The notes beneath the pieces were generated by a model, which saw only the letters and a program-made list of their open reading frames with translations, did no database searches and was not told where the DNA came from. Below are positions 1 to 8,662 of a stretch of 33,400 bases of DNA, one piece after another (the first letter of the stretch is position 1; every line of letters begins with the position of its first letter). The position numbers and the translations under genes are program-made. The DNA is from Burkholderiales bacterium (GTDB lineage Bacteria; Pseudomonadota; Gammaproteobacteria; Burkholderiales; SG8-41). The stretch is from assembly GCA_035650035.1 (NCBI GenBank), contig DASRIK010000577.1:1-33400 (forward strand), written 5' to 3'.

Positions 1-1
1 C

Positions 2-490
2 CAGTACCTCGGCAGCTTCGGTCTCTCCGACTCCGCCACGCGCCAACAGGCGCGTGCAGCCATGGCCGGCCGTCTCGCAGCCGCACAGGACTTGGCGGAC
101 TTCCTCGGCATCGGCCCGGTGTATCCGCTCGAGTCGTCGACTGCCGCACAGTTTTCAGGTCTCACCGCGCGCATCGAGGCCGATGAGGGCGGAATCGGTG
201 CACGCATCGCCGAGCGCACGACGCCGCGCCACAAGCATCTCTACCTCATGGGCATGCACGTCGGCATGACGCTCGTGTCGATGCAGGGCGAGGGCTGGCG
301 CGGCGGGACCGTGCCGAGCCAGCAGATCGCACGCCATGCAACACTCGCCGGGCTTGCGCGCGGGCAATGGGAGCCGCTTGCCCGCATACCGGGTGGCGCC
401 ACACAGGCCGAAGTGGTCGCTGCGTATGAAGCGTCGGCCCGCGGTATCCAGCAGGCACTGCTCTCGGGGAACATTCCGGCTAAACGATAA
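2..490 (+). CDS. hypothetical protein, 3' part of a CDS entering from upstream of the window
   Basis: Frame 2 is open from nt 2 (QYLGSFGLSDSATRQQARAA then MAGRL...) with strongly G/C-biased third codon positions. ORF-track entry 62..490 is its tail; stop TAA 488-490. No motif recognised. Confidence 0.6.
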   Translation, partial: QYLGSFGLSDSATRQQARAAMAGRLAAAQDLADFLGIGPVYPLESSTAAQFSGLTARIEADEGGIGARIAERTTPRHKHLYLMGMHVGMTLVSMQGEGWRGGTVPSQQIARHATLAGLARGQWEPLARIPGGATQAEVVAAYEASARGIQQALLSGNIPAKR

Positions 491-510
491 ACGCTTGTCT
501 GAACGAAACG

Positions 511-543
511 CGCCACGGGCTCGTCAGCGCTGCGCCCGTGGCG
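511..543. terminator. GC-rich hairpin between convergent genes (possible bidirectional terminator)
   Basis: CGCCACGGGC (511-520) is the exact reverse complement of GCCCGTGGCG (534-543), with a 13-nt loop. It lies between stop 490 (+) and stop 558 (-). There is no clean U-tract on the plus side and only CGTTTCGTT on the minus side. Confidence 0.3.
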
Positions 544-557
544 ATGTACCGGGCCGT

Positions 558-1796
558 TCAAATATAGACGAGGCTACTTACGGGCTTCGCTGACGCAGCC
601 GTCGCGGGCACGACTTTTCGTTTTGCCGCAGCCGCGCGAGCCGGCGCGCGCAATGCAGGATTCACCTTCTGCGCGTATGGCAGCAGCGCTTCCAGTGTCA
701 GGCCTTGTGCACGGCGGTCGTCGCCCGGGAAGCCGCCCGGTACGACCAGATCGCTGAACGCGCGCACCCAGAAGAACTCGACGATCGAGGCTTGCTGCTC
801 GGGGTTGAATTTCCTGAGACCGCCTCCGTTCGCGGCCAGCGCGGCTGCGGTGACCGTGTAGGCTGCGCTGTCGTCGTACTTCCCGGTATGGAACAGCGAC
901 TCTACGCCCGCGCCGATCTGCGCTTCGAGCGCACGCGTCATGTAGAGGGGCCCTTCCTGCACACCCTGCCATACATGCGCGAGCTCGTGGATGATCGTCT
1001 GCATGTCGACTCTCGCGCCCGGCCCGAAGTTCAGCAGATACATCGTGGTGAATGCGCGTGGAATTTCGATGTTCAGGTAGCGGATCACGTCACCAGGCAG
1101 GTCCGCAAATCCGAGCTTCACGCGATCGAGCTCGATCGCGCTGCCGAAGACCTTCTTCGCTTCGGCGAGCTCCTGTTTCGTGAGCGGCCGATAGCCGCCG
1201 CACATCTCGAGCACGACCGCGAACGCGAGCAGCAGGACCGAGACGCTCATTTCGGCCGCGGCCTTGAGCAATTGCAGCGGCGCCTTGCCCAGCGCCACAA
1301 GCCCTTCGAAGAATCCGCGGCGGAACGCTTGCGCGACACCCGTGACGATGTCTTTCGCGAGAGACGCGAGCGAAATGCCCATTGTCAGCAGCGCTTCCAG
1401 TGCCGTGCGTAGCGCGCTCACCGCCCGCCCGGCGAGCGCCACCAGGATCTGGACCACTTTGCGGCCGGCAGCGATAAGCGCGCCGAAAACTGCCTTCAGA
1501 ACGGTGACCGTCTGGCCGACGACGGCGAGCACCGCCTCGATGGTCGCCGCGACCTGACCTGCCGCCCACAGCAGCACTTCGCTGATCGCGCGGCCCGCGC
1601 GCAGCACCGCTTCGACGTATTTCTTCAGTTGCTCCATGCCTTTCGTGACCGCTGCGGCGAGGATGTCCGCCACTTTCTTGCCGGCGTCGAGCAGCGCGTC
1701 CACGAGATCGGACACTTTGTGGATGGTCCAGTTCACCGCTTCCCCGATCGCCGCAGCGAGCCGGCAGTCCCCAGGCGCGCAGTCTGCCGGAAGCAA
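558..1796 (-). CDS. HExxH zinc-metallopeptidase-like protein (DUF4157/eCIS-core-like domain) with N-terminal amphipathic helical repeats
   Basis: 412-aa ORF with a TTG start at 1796; an alternative ATG is at 1637. aa 204-280 read 'YRPLTKQELAEAKKVFGSAIELDRVKLGF...PRAFTTMYLLNFGPGARVDMQTIIHELAHVWQG'. HELAH is at nt 975-989, in a context resembling the DUF4157 consensus as I recall it. aa 30-180 hold about 8 units of the type 'aG(K/R/Q)xVxxhLxA', followed by a TM-like stretch MSVSVLLLAFAVVLEM. Confidence 0.75.
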   Translation of the reverse strand: MLPADCAPGDCRLAAAIGEAVNWTIHKVSDLVDALLDAGKKVADILAAAVTKGMEQLKKYVEAVLRAGRAISEVLLWAAGQVAATIEAVLAVVGQTVTVLKAVFGALIAAGRKVVQILVALAGRAVSALRTALEALLTMGISLASLAKDIVTGVAQAFRRGFFEGLVALGKAPLQLLKAAAEMSVSVLLLAFAVVLEMCGGYRPLTKQELAEAKKVFGSAIELDRVKLGFADLPGDVIRYLNIEIPRAFTTMYLLNFGPGARVDMQTIIHELAHVWQGVQEGPLYMTRALEAQIGAGVESLFHTGKYDDSAAYTVTAAALAANGGGLRKFNPEQQASIVEFFWVRAFSDLVVPGGFPGDDRRAQGLTLEALLPYAQKVNPALRAPARAAAAKRKVVPATAASAKPVSSLVYI

Positions 1797-1862
1797 CTCT
1801 CGCGTCGCAATTGGCTGAAAGGCTCGATTTCGGCCGTTCGTCTCGAGACCTTCGACGGGTGC

Positions 1863-2933
1863 CTACTTCGGTCTCGGGCTTTCGAGCTCCGCGTCGGCGC
1901 GGGAGAGGCGGCCTGCGCGCACATCGGCTACACAGCGCGCCACGGCACGGGCGACGTTCCGCACTTCTTCCCACAGCGCGTGGTCGCGATCGAGCGCGTC
2001 GTGGCTCGTTGCATACGGCTCGTAATAGCCGATGTAACGATCGAGCCGCGCGTGAAAGCCCGCATCGATGAGCCCCATCCATTCGAGCCAGTCGGAGAGC
2101 GCGCGCCGCGACGCTTCGACACCTTCGACGTCACCGTGTACGACGACGCCGTAGACGCGGTCGGCAAGGTGTTTCGGATAATCCCAGCCGGCGAGCTCGA
2201 TCTGCTTGGCTTTGTGGGCGTCCTTCCCGGCTGTTCGGGTGGGATCCGGATTGCCGCCGTCGGCGCAGACGAGCCGGTCGATCATGAGCTTGAGCGGGCT
2301 CGCCACCTGGTACCAGTACACCGGCGTCAACAGGATCACGCCGTGCGCCGCACTCCAGCGCTCGTAGATCTCGGCCATCCAGTCGTTCGTCTGCCGCGTC
2401 GCATGATTGGGGTAGCAGCTGCACGGCCAGTGGCACAGCGGCATTGCGGTCGAGACGCATCCCTTGCACGGATAGATGCGGCGCAGCGGGTCCGACGTGA
2501 GGTGACTCAGGTCGAGCAGATCGGGTTCGATCCCTTCGGCGCGCAGTTGCTCGCACACCGTGCCGGACAGTCTGAACGTTTTCGAGATTTCGCCGGGGCA
2601 CGTGCCGTCGTTGCGCGAGCTTCCACAAATCACGAGCACGCGTGTCGGCGTCGACGGATCGCGCCGCCGTGCATCCGCGGCACGTATCTTTTCTCGCGTT
2701 TCGCGCCATTCGACCGAGAGGTCGTAGTTCGGGTCGGCGAACTCGGGCCCGGCTTTCTCGGTCATCGGTGCTTTTCGGCCTTCGCTGTAGGCCTCCCACG
2801 CTATTTTCTCCATGGCGTCGATGGCCGCGTCGTGGGCCCGAAATGCGGGATCGTAGAACTCTTGACGGAAGCGCCTGCTGAACTCTTCGCGCGACATGGG
2901 ATCCGTCGCCTGACCTTTACGCACCGATGTCAT
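1863..2933 (-). CDS. flavodoxin-like NAD(P)H-dependent FMN reductase / iron-sulfur flavoprotein family protein
   Basis: 356-aa ORF. Motifs are 'RVLVICGSSRNDGTCPGEISKTF', the Cys cluster 'YPCKGCVSTAMPLCHWPCSCY' and 'GVILLTPVYWYQVASPLKLMIDRL', typical of this flavoprotein family. Confidence 0.75.
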   Translation of the reverse strand: MTSVRKGQATDPMSREEFSRRFRQEFYDPAFRAHDAAIDAMEKIAWEAYSEGRKAPMTEKAGPEFADPNYDLSVEWRETREKIRAADARRRDPSTPTRVLVICGSSRNDGTCPGEISKTFRLSGTVCEQLRAEGIEPDLLDLSHLTSDPLRRIYPCKGCVSTAMPLCHWPCSCYPNHATRQTNDWMAEIYERWSAAHGVILLTPVYWYQVASPLKLMIDRLVCADGGNPDPTRTAGKDAHKAKQIELAGWDYPKHLADRVYGVVVHGDVEGVEASRRALSDWLEWMGLIDAGFHARLDRYIGYYEPYATSHDALDRDHALWEEVRNVARAVARCVADVRAGRLSRADAELESPRPK

Positions 2934-3086
2934 GGATTGCGCTCTCGATTCGGACTGCCGGTGACGCGGAGTTTACAACGGTCATTCGTACGATTGCCGT
3001 GCTCATCGCCCGATCAGAATGAATGTCCGGGGGCGCCGACGCGAATGCGTTTACGCTCCCGACGTCGAACCGACACGAGGTCGCAG

Positions 3087-3497
3087 ATGTCCGAAAGAAC
3101 GAAGGTCCCAGTTCACTACCGGCCGGCGTTCGCCTCGTCGGCTGCAAGGCGTATTGACAAGGCGTCGGTCGCCGGTACGATGAGAGCGACCACAAGACCG
3201 CTGCATTATCCTCGGATGCCAACTTACCGCGTCGTCATATTACTCGCCCTCCTGCCACTGCTTTCGTATTGCGCGAAAAGCACGGAAGACGTGGCGGCGT
3301 TCCAAGAGCGGCGCACCAAGTGCGATCACTTTCGCGGTGAAGACCCTTACAACAAGGACCGAGCACAGTTCATAGCGGAGCAACTGAAGAAGTACTGCGC
3401 CGGAACCGACGCAGAGCTCGCTCAGCTCAAGAAAAAGTACGCCGGAGATCACGCGGTGATGAATAGGCTGAACACCTACGAAGAACGCATCGAGTAA
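3087..3497 (+). CDS. small membrane-anchored or secreted protein (hypothetical), partner of the downstream PG hydrolase
   Basis: This is the 3' tail of ORF-track entry 1629..3497. ATG 3087 has an SD (GAGG 6 nt upstream). Alternative starts are ATG 3180 and ATG 3216; the last gives MPTYRVVILLALLPLLSYC-AKS, a signal peptide with an imperfect lipobox. The mature part is about 70 aa, helical, with 2 Cys. It is followed 24 nt later by the next gene, which has its own SD. Confidence 0.55.
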   Translation: MSERTKVPVHYRPAFASSAARRIDKASVAGTMRATTRPLHYPRMPTYRVVILLALLPLLSYCAKSTEDVAAFQERRTKCDHFRGEDPYNKDRAQFIAEQLKKYCAGTDAELAQLKKKYAGDHAVMNRLNTYEERIE

Positions 3498-3521
3498 CCT
3501 CGCAGCGCCACCGGGAGAAGC

Positions 3522-4343
3522 ATGACAACCATCTCCGCATCCGTTGGTAAAGGCGGCCGAAACCTGCCGCGCGACGTCGGCATAGTGCAGACATTGCTCA
3601 ACCGCCACGTTACGAAACTTGGACTCGCGGTTCTGAAAGTCGACAATTTTCCCGGGCAAAAAACAGTCGAGGCTATACAGACCTTTCAGCGGCGCGTAAT
3701 GAAGCTCAACATGATCGATGGACGAGTAGACCCGAACGGGCGTACGTTGCTCGCGCTCATCGGCACACCGGCCGTGAATACCGCTGCTTCTACAAAACTC
3801 AGCGGTTCGGCCTGGTGGCACGCGAATCAGGCCAAATTTCCAAACAGCGACTCGATCGCGGACCTTGCGCTGCCGTTCAGGGCAAACGTAGAGGCGTTCG
3901 TGGCCGCTCTCAAAGTCGCGGGCGCATCCGTGGACATCGCCTCAACGCTCCGCAACAAAAAACGCGCGTATCTGATGCACTACAGCTGGAAGATCGCAAA
4001 AGGGCTCATCCAACCCGCGGCCGTTCCCGGCGAGACCGGCGTCGACATCGTGTGGGACCACGGCGATATCGCTAAATCAAAGGCGGGTGCGCAGGAGATG
4101 GTCAGTTCGTTCGCCATCAAATTTCAGCCGTCTTTGACCTCGCTTCACCTGTCCGGCCTTGCCATCGATATGGATATCGACTGGTCCGCAACCCTTAAAA
4201 TCAAAAACAAGAACGGCCAGACAGTAGAGATCGCGGGGCCCGGAACCGGGGCAACCAATACAATACTCCACAGCGTCGGCGCTTCTTACGGAGTGCGCAA
4301 GCTGTTGTCGGACCCACCGCACTGGTCTTCCACGGGCCACTAA
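3522..4343 (+). CDS. peptidoglycan-binding domain + M15/LAS-family zinc peptidase (VanY/endolysin-like cell-wall hydrolase), no signal peptide
   Basis: 273 aa; SD GGGAG precedes ATG 3522. aa 15-80 ('DVGIVQTLLNRHV...FPGQKTVEAIQTFQRR...DGRVDPNGRTLLAL') match the PG_binding_1 pattern. 'SLHLSGLAIDMDI' gives the LAS H-x6-D zinc ligands (H209, D216), with a C-terminal 'PPHWS' (H267). 'STLRN' matches the M15 SxxR motif. Confidence 0.75.
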   Translation: MTTISASVGKGGRNLPRDVGIVQTLLNRHVTKLGLAVLKVDNFPGQKTVEAIQTFQRRVMKLNMIDGRVDPNGRTLLALIGTPAVNTAASTKLSGSAWWHANQAKFPNSDSIADLALPFRANVEAFVAALKVAGASVDIASTLRNKKRAYLMHYSWKIAKGLIQPAAVPGETGVDIVWDHGDIAKSKAGAQEMVSSFAIKFQPSLTSLHLSGLAIDMDIDWSATLKIKNKNGQTVEIAGPGTGATNTILHSVGASYGVRKLLSDPPHWSSTGH

Positions 4344-4401
4344 GTCCGTAACGCTACAACTGCTGTCGTCTCGCTCCGGGCGCGGGGCCCGCGCGCTTGT
4401 C

Positions 4402-5379
4402 TTACTTCGCGTCTTTGACGATCCCCGCTTTAGCCATGATCGTTTTGACGGTCTCTCGGCGCTCGTCGAACTTCTTCACGATCTCGCTCGGCGGGATGTA
4501 TTCCCAGCGCGCGTTGCGCTCGTTCACGAACTTCACGAACTCGGGATCCTTCACCGCTTTCTCGATCGCGGGCACCAGCACGGCCACGACTTCCTTCGGG
4601 AGCTTCGGCGGTCCCATCAAGAAGTTGGTGGATTCCCAGCTCACGTTGTAGCCGAGCTCTTTCAGCGTCGGGAACTTGTCGTACGGTGCCGGGGCACGCG
4701 CATCGCCAAGCGTCGCGAGGAACTTGACCTGCCCGGCGTCGATCATGCTTTTCGCCGAGCCGAGCGCGGCGACACCGAGCTCGGCATGGCCGCCTGCGAC
4801 CTGAGCGATCGTCATTGCGCCTGCACCAGGCTGCGGAATCGTGTTCACCTGGATGCCCGTGCCCGAGATCATCGCCATCGCGGCGACCCACCAGCTTTGG
4901 CCGACGCCTGCCGTGGAGAAGTTGAGCTTGCCCGGATTCGCCTTCGCGTACTGAATCGCGTCCTGAATCGTGTTGAGCGGCAGTTTTGTCTTCGTTGCGG
5001 AGACGACGATCGGGAAATACGTCGCGTAGCCGCCGAGCTGAGTGAAGTCGTGATAATCGAGCGGCGAGACGCCCTGAACCTTGTTCGTGATAATCGTCGC
5101 CGACCCCCAGCCGATCGTGTAACCGTCGGGTCGTGCGCCATGCAGCTCTCGATAACCGATGGAGCTGCCGCCGCCCGGTTTGTTCACGACCAGAATCGGC
5201 TGGCCGATCATCTTCGATACGCGCTCGAAGATCGGACGTACGAGCACGTCGCCATCCGCGCCGGCCTCGACCGCCACGATCGCAGTGATGGGCTTCACCG
5301 GGTAGCGGTCCGCAGCCTGGACAAGGCTCACGCCCGGGAGTGCGCACAGCGCAGTCAGCGCCCACAGTGTCTTTCTCAT
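4402..5379 (-). CDS. tctC: tripartite tricarboxylate transporter substrate-binding protein (Bug family)
   Basis: Start ATG 5379 has SD AGGAGGAG and gives the signal peptide MRKTLWALTALCALPGVSLVQA, then 'YPVKPITAIVAVEAGADGD'. Bug hallmarks are present throughout. ATGA overlap with the tctA stop (5376-5379). Confidence 0.9.
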   Translation of the reverse strand: MRKTLWALTALCALPGVSLVQAADRYPVKPITAIVAVEAGADGDVLVRPIFERVSKMIGQPILVVNKPGGGSSIGYRELHGARPDGYTIGWGSATIITNKVQGVSPLDYHDFTQLGGYATYFPIVVSATKTKLPLNTIQDAIQYAKANPGKLNFSTAGVGQSWWVAAMAMISGTGIQVNTIPQPGAGAMTIAQVAGGHAELGVAALGSAKSMIDAGQVKFLATLGDARAPAPYDKFPTLKELGYNVSWESTNFLMGPPKLPKEVVAVLVPAIEKAVKDPEFVKFVNERNARWEYIPPSEIVKKFDERRETVKTIMAKAGIVKDAK

Positions 5380-6914
5380 GATCTCTCCTCCTTTGGATTG
5401 AAGCCGACGTGTGATTCGTTTTGTGAAGGGTAGCGTTGCGCGCGATATTTCGCCACAAGCCGGTAGACGATGAAAGTACCCGCGCACGCGAGCAGCACGG
5501 AGGCGAGCGGTCGGCCCGCGATGAGCGTCACATCGCCTTTGAACATCAGCAGTGTCTGCCGCAGGCTGTTCTCCGTCGTGGGTCCGAGCACGATCCCGAT
5601 AATGAAAGGTGCGATGGGATAACCCCAGCGCCTCAGGAAAAATCCGATGACGCCCGCCGCGATCATCACCCACACGTCGAAGAACGCGTTGCGCACGCTG
5701 TAGACGCCGACGAGGCAGGTCACGCTGATGATCGGCAGCAGGATCTGAGGCCGGATCGTGGCGATTTTCGCGAACGCGCCGACGAGCGGGAGATTCAGCA
5801 CCAGCAGCATGAGATTCCCGATATACATCGCCCCAATGAAGGTCCAGAACACCTGCGGGTGCGTCGTAAAGAGCATCGGCCCGGGTTCGACGTTATGCAT
5901 GCGTAGCGCAGCGAGCATGATCGCCGACGGCGCGGCGAATGGAATACCGAGGGTGAGCAGCGGAATCATCGAGCCCATGACCGCACTGTTGTTCGCGGAC
6001 TCCGGGGCGACCACGCCTTCGACCGCGCCTTTGCCGAACTCCTGCGGTCGCTTGGACAGACGCTTCTCGACCGCATACGCAACGAACGTCGAAATGACGG
6101 TGCTCGGCCCGGGGAGCAGCCCGACGAAGAAACCCAGCACGGAACCGCGCAACGTTGGCGTAAGCGAGCGCTGAAGCTCTTCTTTGCTCGGATAGAGCTC
6201 GCGCAGACGCACGCGTCCGACCTGGGGCTTTACGTATTTCTGAATCGCGATGGTAAGGATCTCCGAAATGCCGAACAGACCCATCGCGATCGGCAGAAAG
6301 TCGATCCCGAGCATGAGCTTCTCGGTACCGAAGGTGAACCGCGGGTAGCTGTCCATCGGATTGACGCCGATCGTGCTCAGGAACAGTCCCAGCACGATCA
6401 TGAGCGCGCCTTTCAGCGGCGCGGCGGCGGAAAGCGCGGCGAGCAGCACGAAGGCGAGAATCATGAAGGCGAGGAACTCCGGCGGGCCGAACGAGAGCGC
6501 GGCATTGCCGAGAACCGGCGCGAGAAACTGAAGGCCGAGAAGCCCGAGCGTTCCCGCGACGAACGAGCCGGCCGCGACGAGCGCGAGCGCGGCACCGGCG
6601 CGGCCTTTGCGCGCCATCTGGTACCCGTCGAGGCATGTAACGACGCTCGCCGCCTCGCCTGGGATGTTGACGAGCACCGACGTCGTCGAGCCGCCGTACA
6701 TCGCGCCGTACCAGATGCCGGTCATCATGATGAGGCCGGTTACCGGCCCGTACGGAATGGTGAAAGGGAGAAGCAGCGCCATGGTCGCAGTGGGCCCGAG
6801 TCCCGGCAGCACGCCGACGATCGTGCCGATGAGCGCACCGACGAAGCAGGCGATGAGGTTGACCGCGGTGAACGAGTTGGCGAAGCCGGTCAGGAGAAGA
6901 TCGAGACCGGACAT
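5376..6914 (-). CDS. tctA: tripartite tricarboxylate transporter large permease
   Basis: 512 aa starting at MSGLDLLLTGF (ATG 6914). Polytopic, with 'GALIGTIVGVLPGLGP' and 'GIWYGAMYGGSTTSVLVNIPGE' typical of TctA. The longer track ORF to 7013 was rejected. Confidence 0.9.
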   Translation of the reverse strand: MSGLDLLLTGFANSFTAVNLIACFVGALIGTIVGVLPGLGPTATMALLLPFTIPYGPVTGLIMMTGIWYGAMYGGSTTSVLVNIPGEAASVVTCLDGYQMARKGRAGAALALVAAGSFVAGTLGLLGLQFLAPVLGNAALSFGPPEFLAFMILAFVLLAALSAAAPLKGALMIVLGLFLSTIGVNPMDSYPRFTFGTEKLMLGIDFLPIAMGLFGISEILTIAIQKYVKPQVGRVRLRELYPSKEELQRSLTPTLRGSVLGFFVGLLPGPSTVISTFVAYAVEKRLSKRPQEFGKGAVEGVVAPESANNSAVMGSMIPLLTLGIPFAAPSAIMLAALRMHNVEPGPMLFTTHPQVFWTFIGAMYIGNLMLLVLNLPLVGAFAKIATIRPQILLPIISVTCLVGVYSVRNAFFDVWVMIAAGVIGFFLRRWGYPIAPFIIGIVLGPTTENSLRQTLLMFKGDVTLIAGRPLASVLLACAGTFIVYRLVAKYRAQRYPSQNESHVGFNPKEERS

Positions 6915-6915
6915 G

Positions 6916-7413
6916 TCAGCTGGCGCCGAACAGGATGCCGCGCGGGAGATCGATGTAGAGCCATTTCTCGAAAACGAGATAGATGAAAAGCGCCGTTCCG
7001 GCAGCGATCGCAACAGGTTTGCGCCAACCTTCGAGCTTCATCGTCTTGCAGAACGCGAGCACCGCGAGACCGGTCACGAGCGCGTAACCCAGCAGCGGCA
7101 TCGTGAGAATCCACAGACAGAACGTAGCCGCCATCAGCGCAAGCGTTCTGCGTTGCGCTTTCTCGAGTGGCTGCGGGGCGGGTGGCGTGCCGATGTGTGA
7201 CGCGAACAGGATTGCCGCGAATATGCCGATCGCGCTGCCGACGAAAAATGGATAGAGGCCCGGGCCCGGACGGGCGATGCTGCCGAAGCCGTAGCCCCAC
7301 GAGATGTATGCGATCGCTCCGCCGATCGCGAGCAACAGAAGATCGACGGCGGCTTCCGCGCCGAGCTTGCCAGCGTGACGCACCTCTGATCTCTTTCTCC
7401 GAAGCGCGACCAT
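6916..7413 (-). CDS. tctB: tripartite tricarboxylate transporter small membrane subunit
   Basis: About 155-165 aa with 4 TM segments, located between tctA and the CoA-transferase. ATG 7413 lies inside a 24-nt repeated element, so GTG 7383 (VRHAGKLG...) may be the true start. Confidence 0.8.
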   Translation of the reverse strand: MVALRRKRSEVRHAGKLGAEAAVDLLLLAIGGAIAYISWGYGFGSIARPGPGLYPFFVGSAIGIFAAILFASHIGTPPAPQPLEKAQRRTLALMAATFCLWILTMPLLGYALVTGLAVLAFCKTMKLEGWRKPVAIAAGTALFIYLVFEKWLYIDLPRGILFGAS

Positions 7414-7420
7414 AGCGTGT
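7397..7420. repeat. 24-nt direct repeat, copy 1 (CTCCGAAGCGCGACCATAGCGTGT)
   Basis: 23/24 identical to 8663..8686. On the coding (minus) strand it reads ACACGCTATGGTCGCGCTTCGGAG and ends 14 nt upstream of GTG 7383. Confidence 0.85.
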
Positions 7421-7426
7421 GGGACG

Positions 7427-8644
7427 TCAGATCACGTTCCGCTCACGGAATCGTTCTATCTCCGTCGCACTGTAGCCGATCTCTTCCAGAACGCTTTCAG
7501 TGTGCTGCCCGAGCGCCGGCGCAACGCCGATGCGGGGCGGCGTCTCCGAAAAATGCCAGGGTGAGCCGTGCACCTTCAGTTTCTTGTCGTACTTCGGGTA
7601 TTCGACTTCCGTCACGTAACCGTTCGCGAGGACATCGGGATCGTTCGACGCTTCGAGGAGCGTGTTGATGGGCGCCGAAACAACGTCGGCTTTGCGCAGG
7701 GCCTCGACCCATTTGTCCCGCGGGCCTGTCGCGAACAATTGATCCAGTTTTTTGAGAAGCGCCTGGCGCTGCTCGTCCGACGCGATCACGACGCCCAGAT
7801 CGCCGAACCCGGCGCTCACCAGCGTGTCGTAAAAGCCCAGCGACGACATCGCGGCCTTCCACTTGGCATTGCCCACGAGCTGGAACACCATCGGCTTGCC
7901 ATTGATGTCGTTGAAGCTTGCGCTCATTCCAGGGCGTTCAGGCGTTCCGGTGATGCGCGCCTGACCTGTAACCGGATTGCGGTTGCGCCACATCGCGGTG
8001 GTGAGCGTCCAGCCCATGAGCCGGATTTGTCCGCCGAGCAGCGAGCAGTCGACCTTCTGGCCGATGCCGTGCGTGCGGGCGCAATGCAGCGCTGCAAGCA
8101 TGCCGCCGAACGCCAGGATCGCGCACGTCTCGTCGGCCACTGACACGATGCCCGTTTTGAGCGGCTGGCCCGGCGAGGAGTACGCTTCGGCGATACCGCC
8201 CAGCGCCTGCGCCATCGAATCGGTACCCGGCAGGCTCGCATGCGGCCCTTTCGGACCGTACGCCGAAATCGAGACGTACACGAGCTTCGGGTTGATCTTC
8301 TTCAGGTCCTCATAGCCGAAGCCATTCTTCTCGGCGGCGCCGGGGCGAAAGTTCTGGCCGAAGATGTCCGCGCGGGCCACGAGTTTGTACAGGATCTCGC
8401 GCGCTTCGGCGGATTTCATGTTGAGCGTGACGCTCTTCACGCCACGGTTGTTCGTTTCGAAAAAGATGCTTGGGAAACCGGGATAGATGCTGGAGGCGCG
8501 GGAGTTGTCGCCCTTGCCCGGCACTTCGATCTTGATCACTTCGGCGCCCAGATCGGCCATGAGCATGTAAGGAACGGTGCCGGCCTGTGCGGTGGAGCAG
8601 GCGATAACTTTGACGCCGTCGAGCGGACCACGTGGCTTTGCCAT
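7427..8644 (-). CDS. CaiB/BaiF family-III CoA-transferase
   Basis: 405 aa from ATG 8644 (SD GGAGG). The N-terminus 'GPLDGVKVIACSTAQAGTVPYMLMADLGAEVIKIE' is the classic family-III signature. It lies 13 nt upstream of tctB on the same strand. Confidence 0.9.
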   Translation of the reverse strand: MAKPRGPLDGVKVIACSTAQAGTVPYMLMADLGAEVIKIEVPGKGDNSRASSIYPGFPSIFFETNNRGVKSVTLNMKSAEAREILYKLVARADIFGQNFRPGAAEKNGFGYEDLKKINPKLVYVSISAYGPKGPHASLPGTDSMAQALGGIAEAYSSPGQPLKTGIVSVADETCAILAFGGMLAALHCARTHGIGQKVDCSLLGGQIRLMGWTLTTAMWRNRNPVTGQARITGTPERPGMSASFNDINGKPMVFQLVGNAKWKAAMSSLGFYDTLVSAGFGDLGVVIASDEQRQALLKKLDQLFATGPRDKWVEALRKADVVSAPINTLLEASNDPDVLANGYVTEVEYPKYDKKLKVHGSPWHFSETPPRIGVAPALGQHTESVLEEIGYSATEIERFRERNVI

Positions 8645-8662
8645 GGCGATATTCCTCCAATC

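Noticed and set aside
1629-3086. 5' 486 codons of the 622-aa plus-strand ORF 1629..3497
   Set aside because: It is antisense to the flavoprotein gene and to the 5' end of the metallopeptidase gene, with a low-complexity Arg-rich translation. Only the 3' tail (from 3087 or 3216), which has a hydrophobic N-terminus, was kept as a gene.
3154-3181. sigma70-like promoter TTGACA-N16-TACGAT upstream of ATG 3216
   Set aside because: It is a good hexamer match but lies inside the possible coding region if the SD-supported ATG 3087 is the real start. I cannot decide between the two from sequence alone, so it is not listed as a feature.
4380-4394. GCGCGG-ggc-CCGCGC hairpin between the convergent M15 hydrolase and tctC genes
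   Set aside because: It has only a 6-bp stem with a 3-nt loop and no U-tract on either strand. This is too weak to call a terminator.
5380-5673. N-terminal extension of tctC; the same issue applies to tctA (to 7013), CoA-transferase (to 8707), LLM (to 21108), crotonase (to 27005), Bug (15174) and lipoprotein B (22415)
   Set aside because: In each case an internal ATG has a GGAG-type SD and/or starts exactly at a signal peptide or at the conserved family N-terminus. The extensions overlap the upstream gene or a promoter region.
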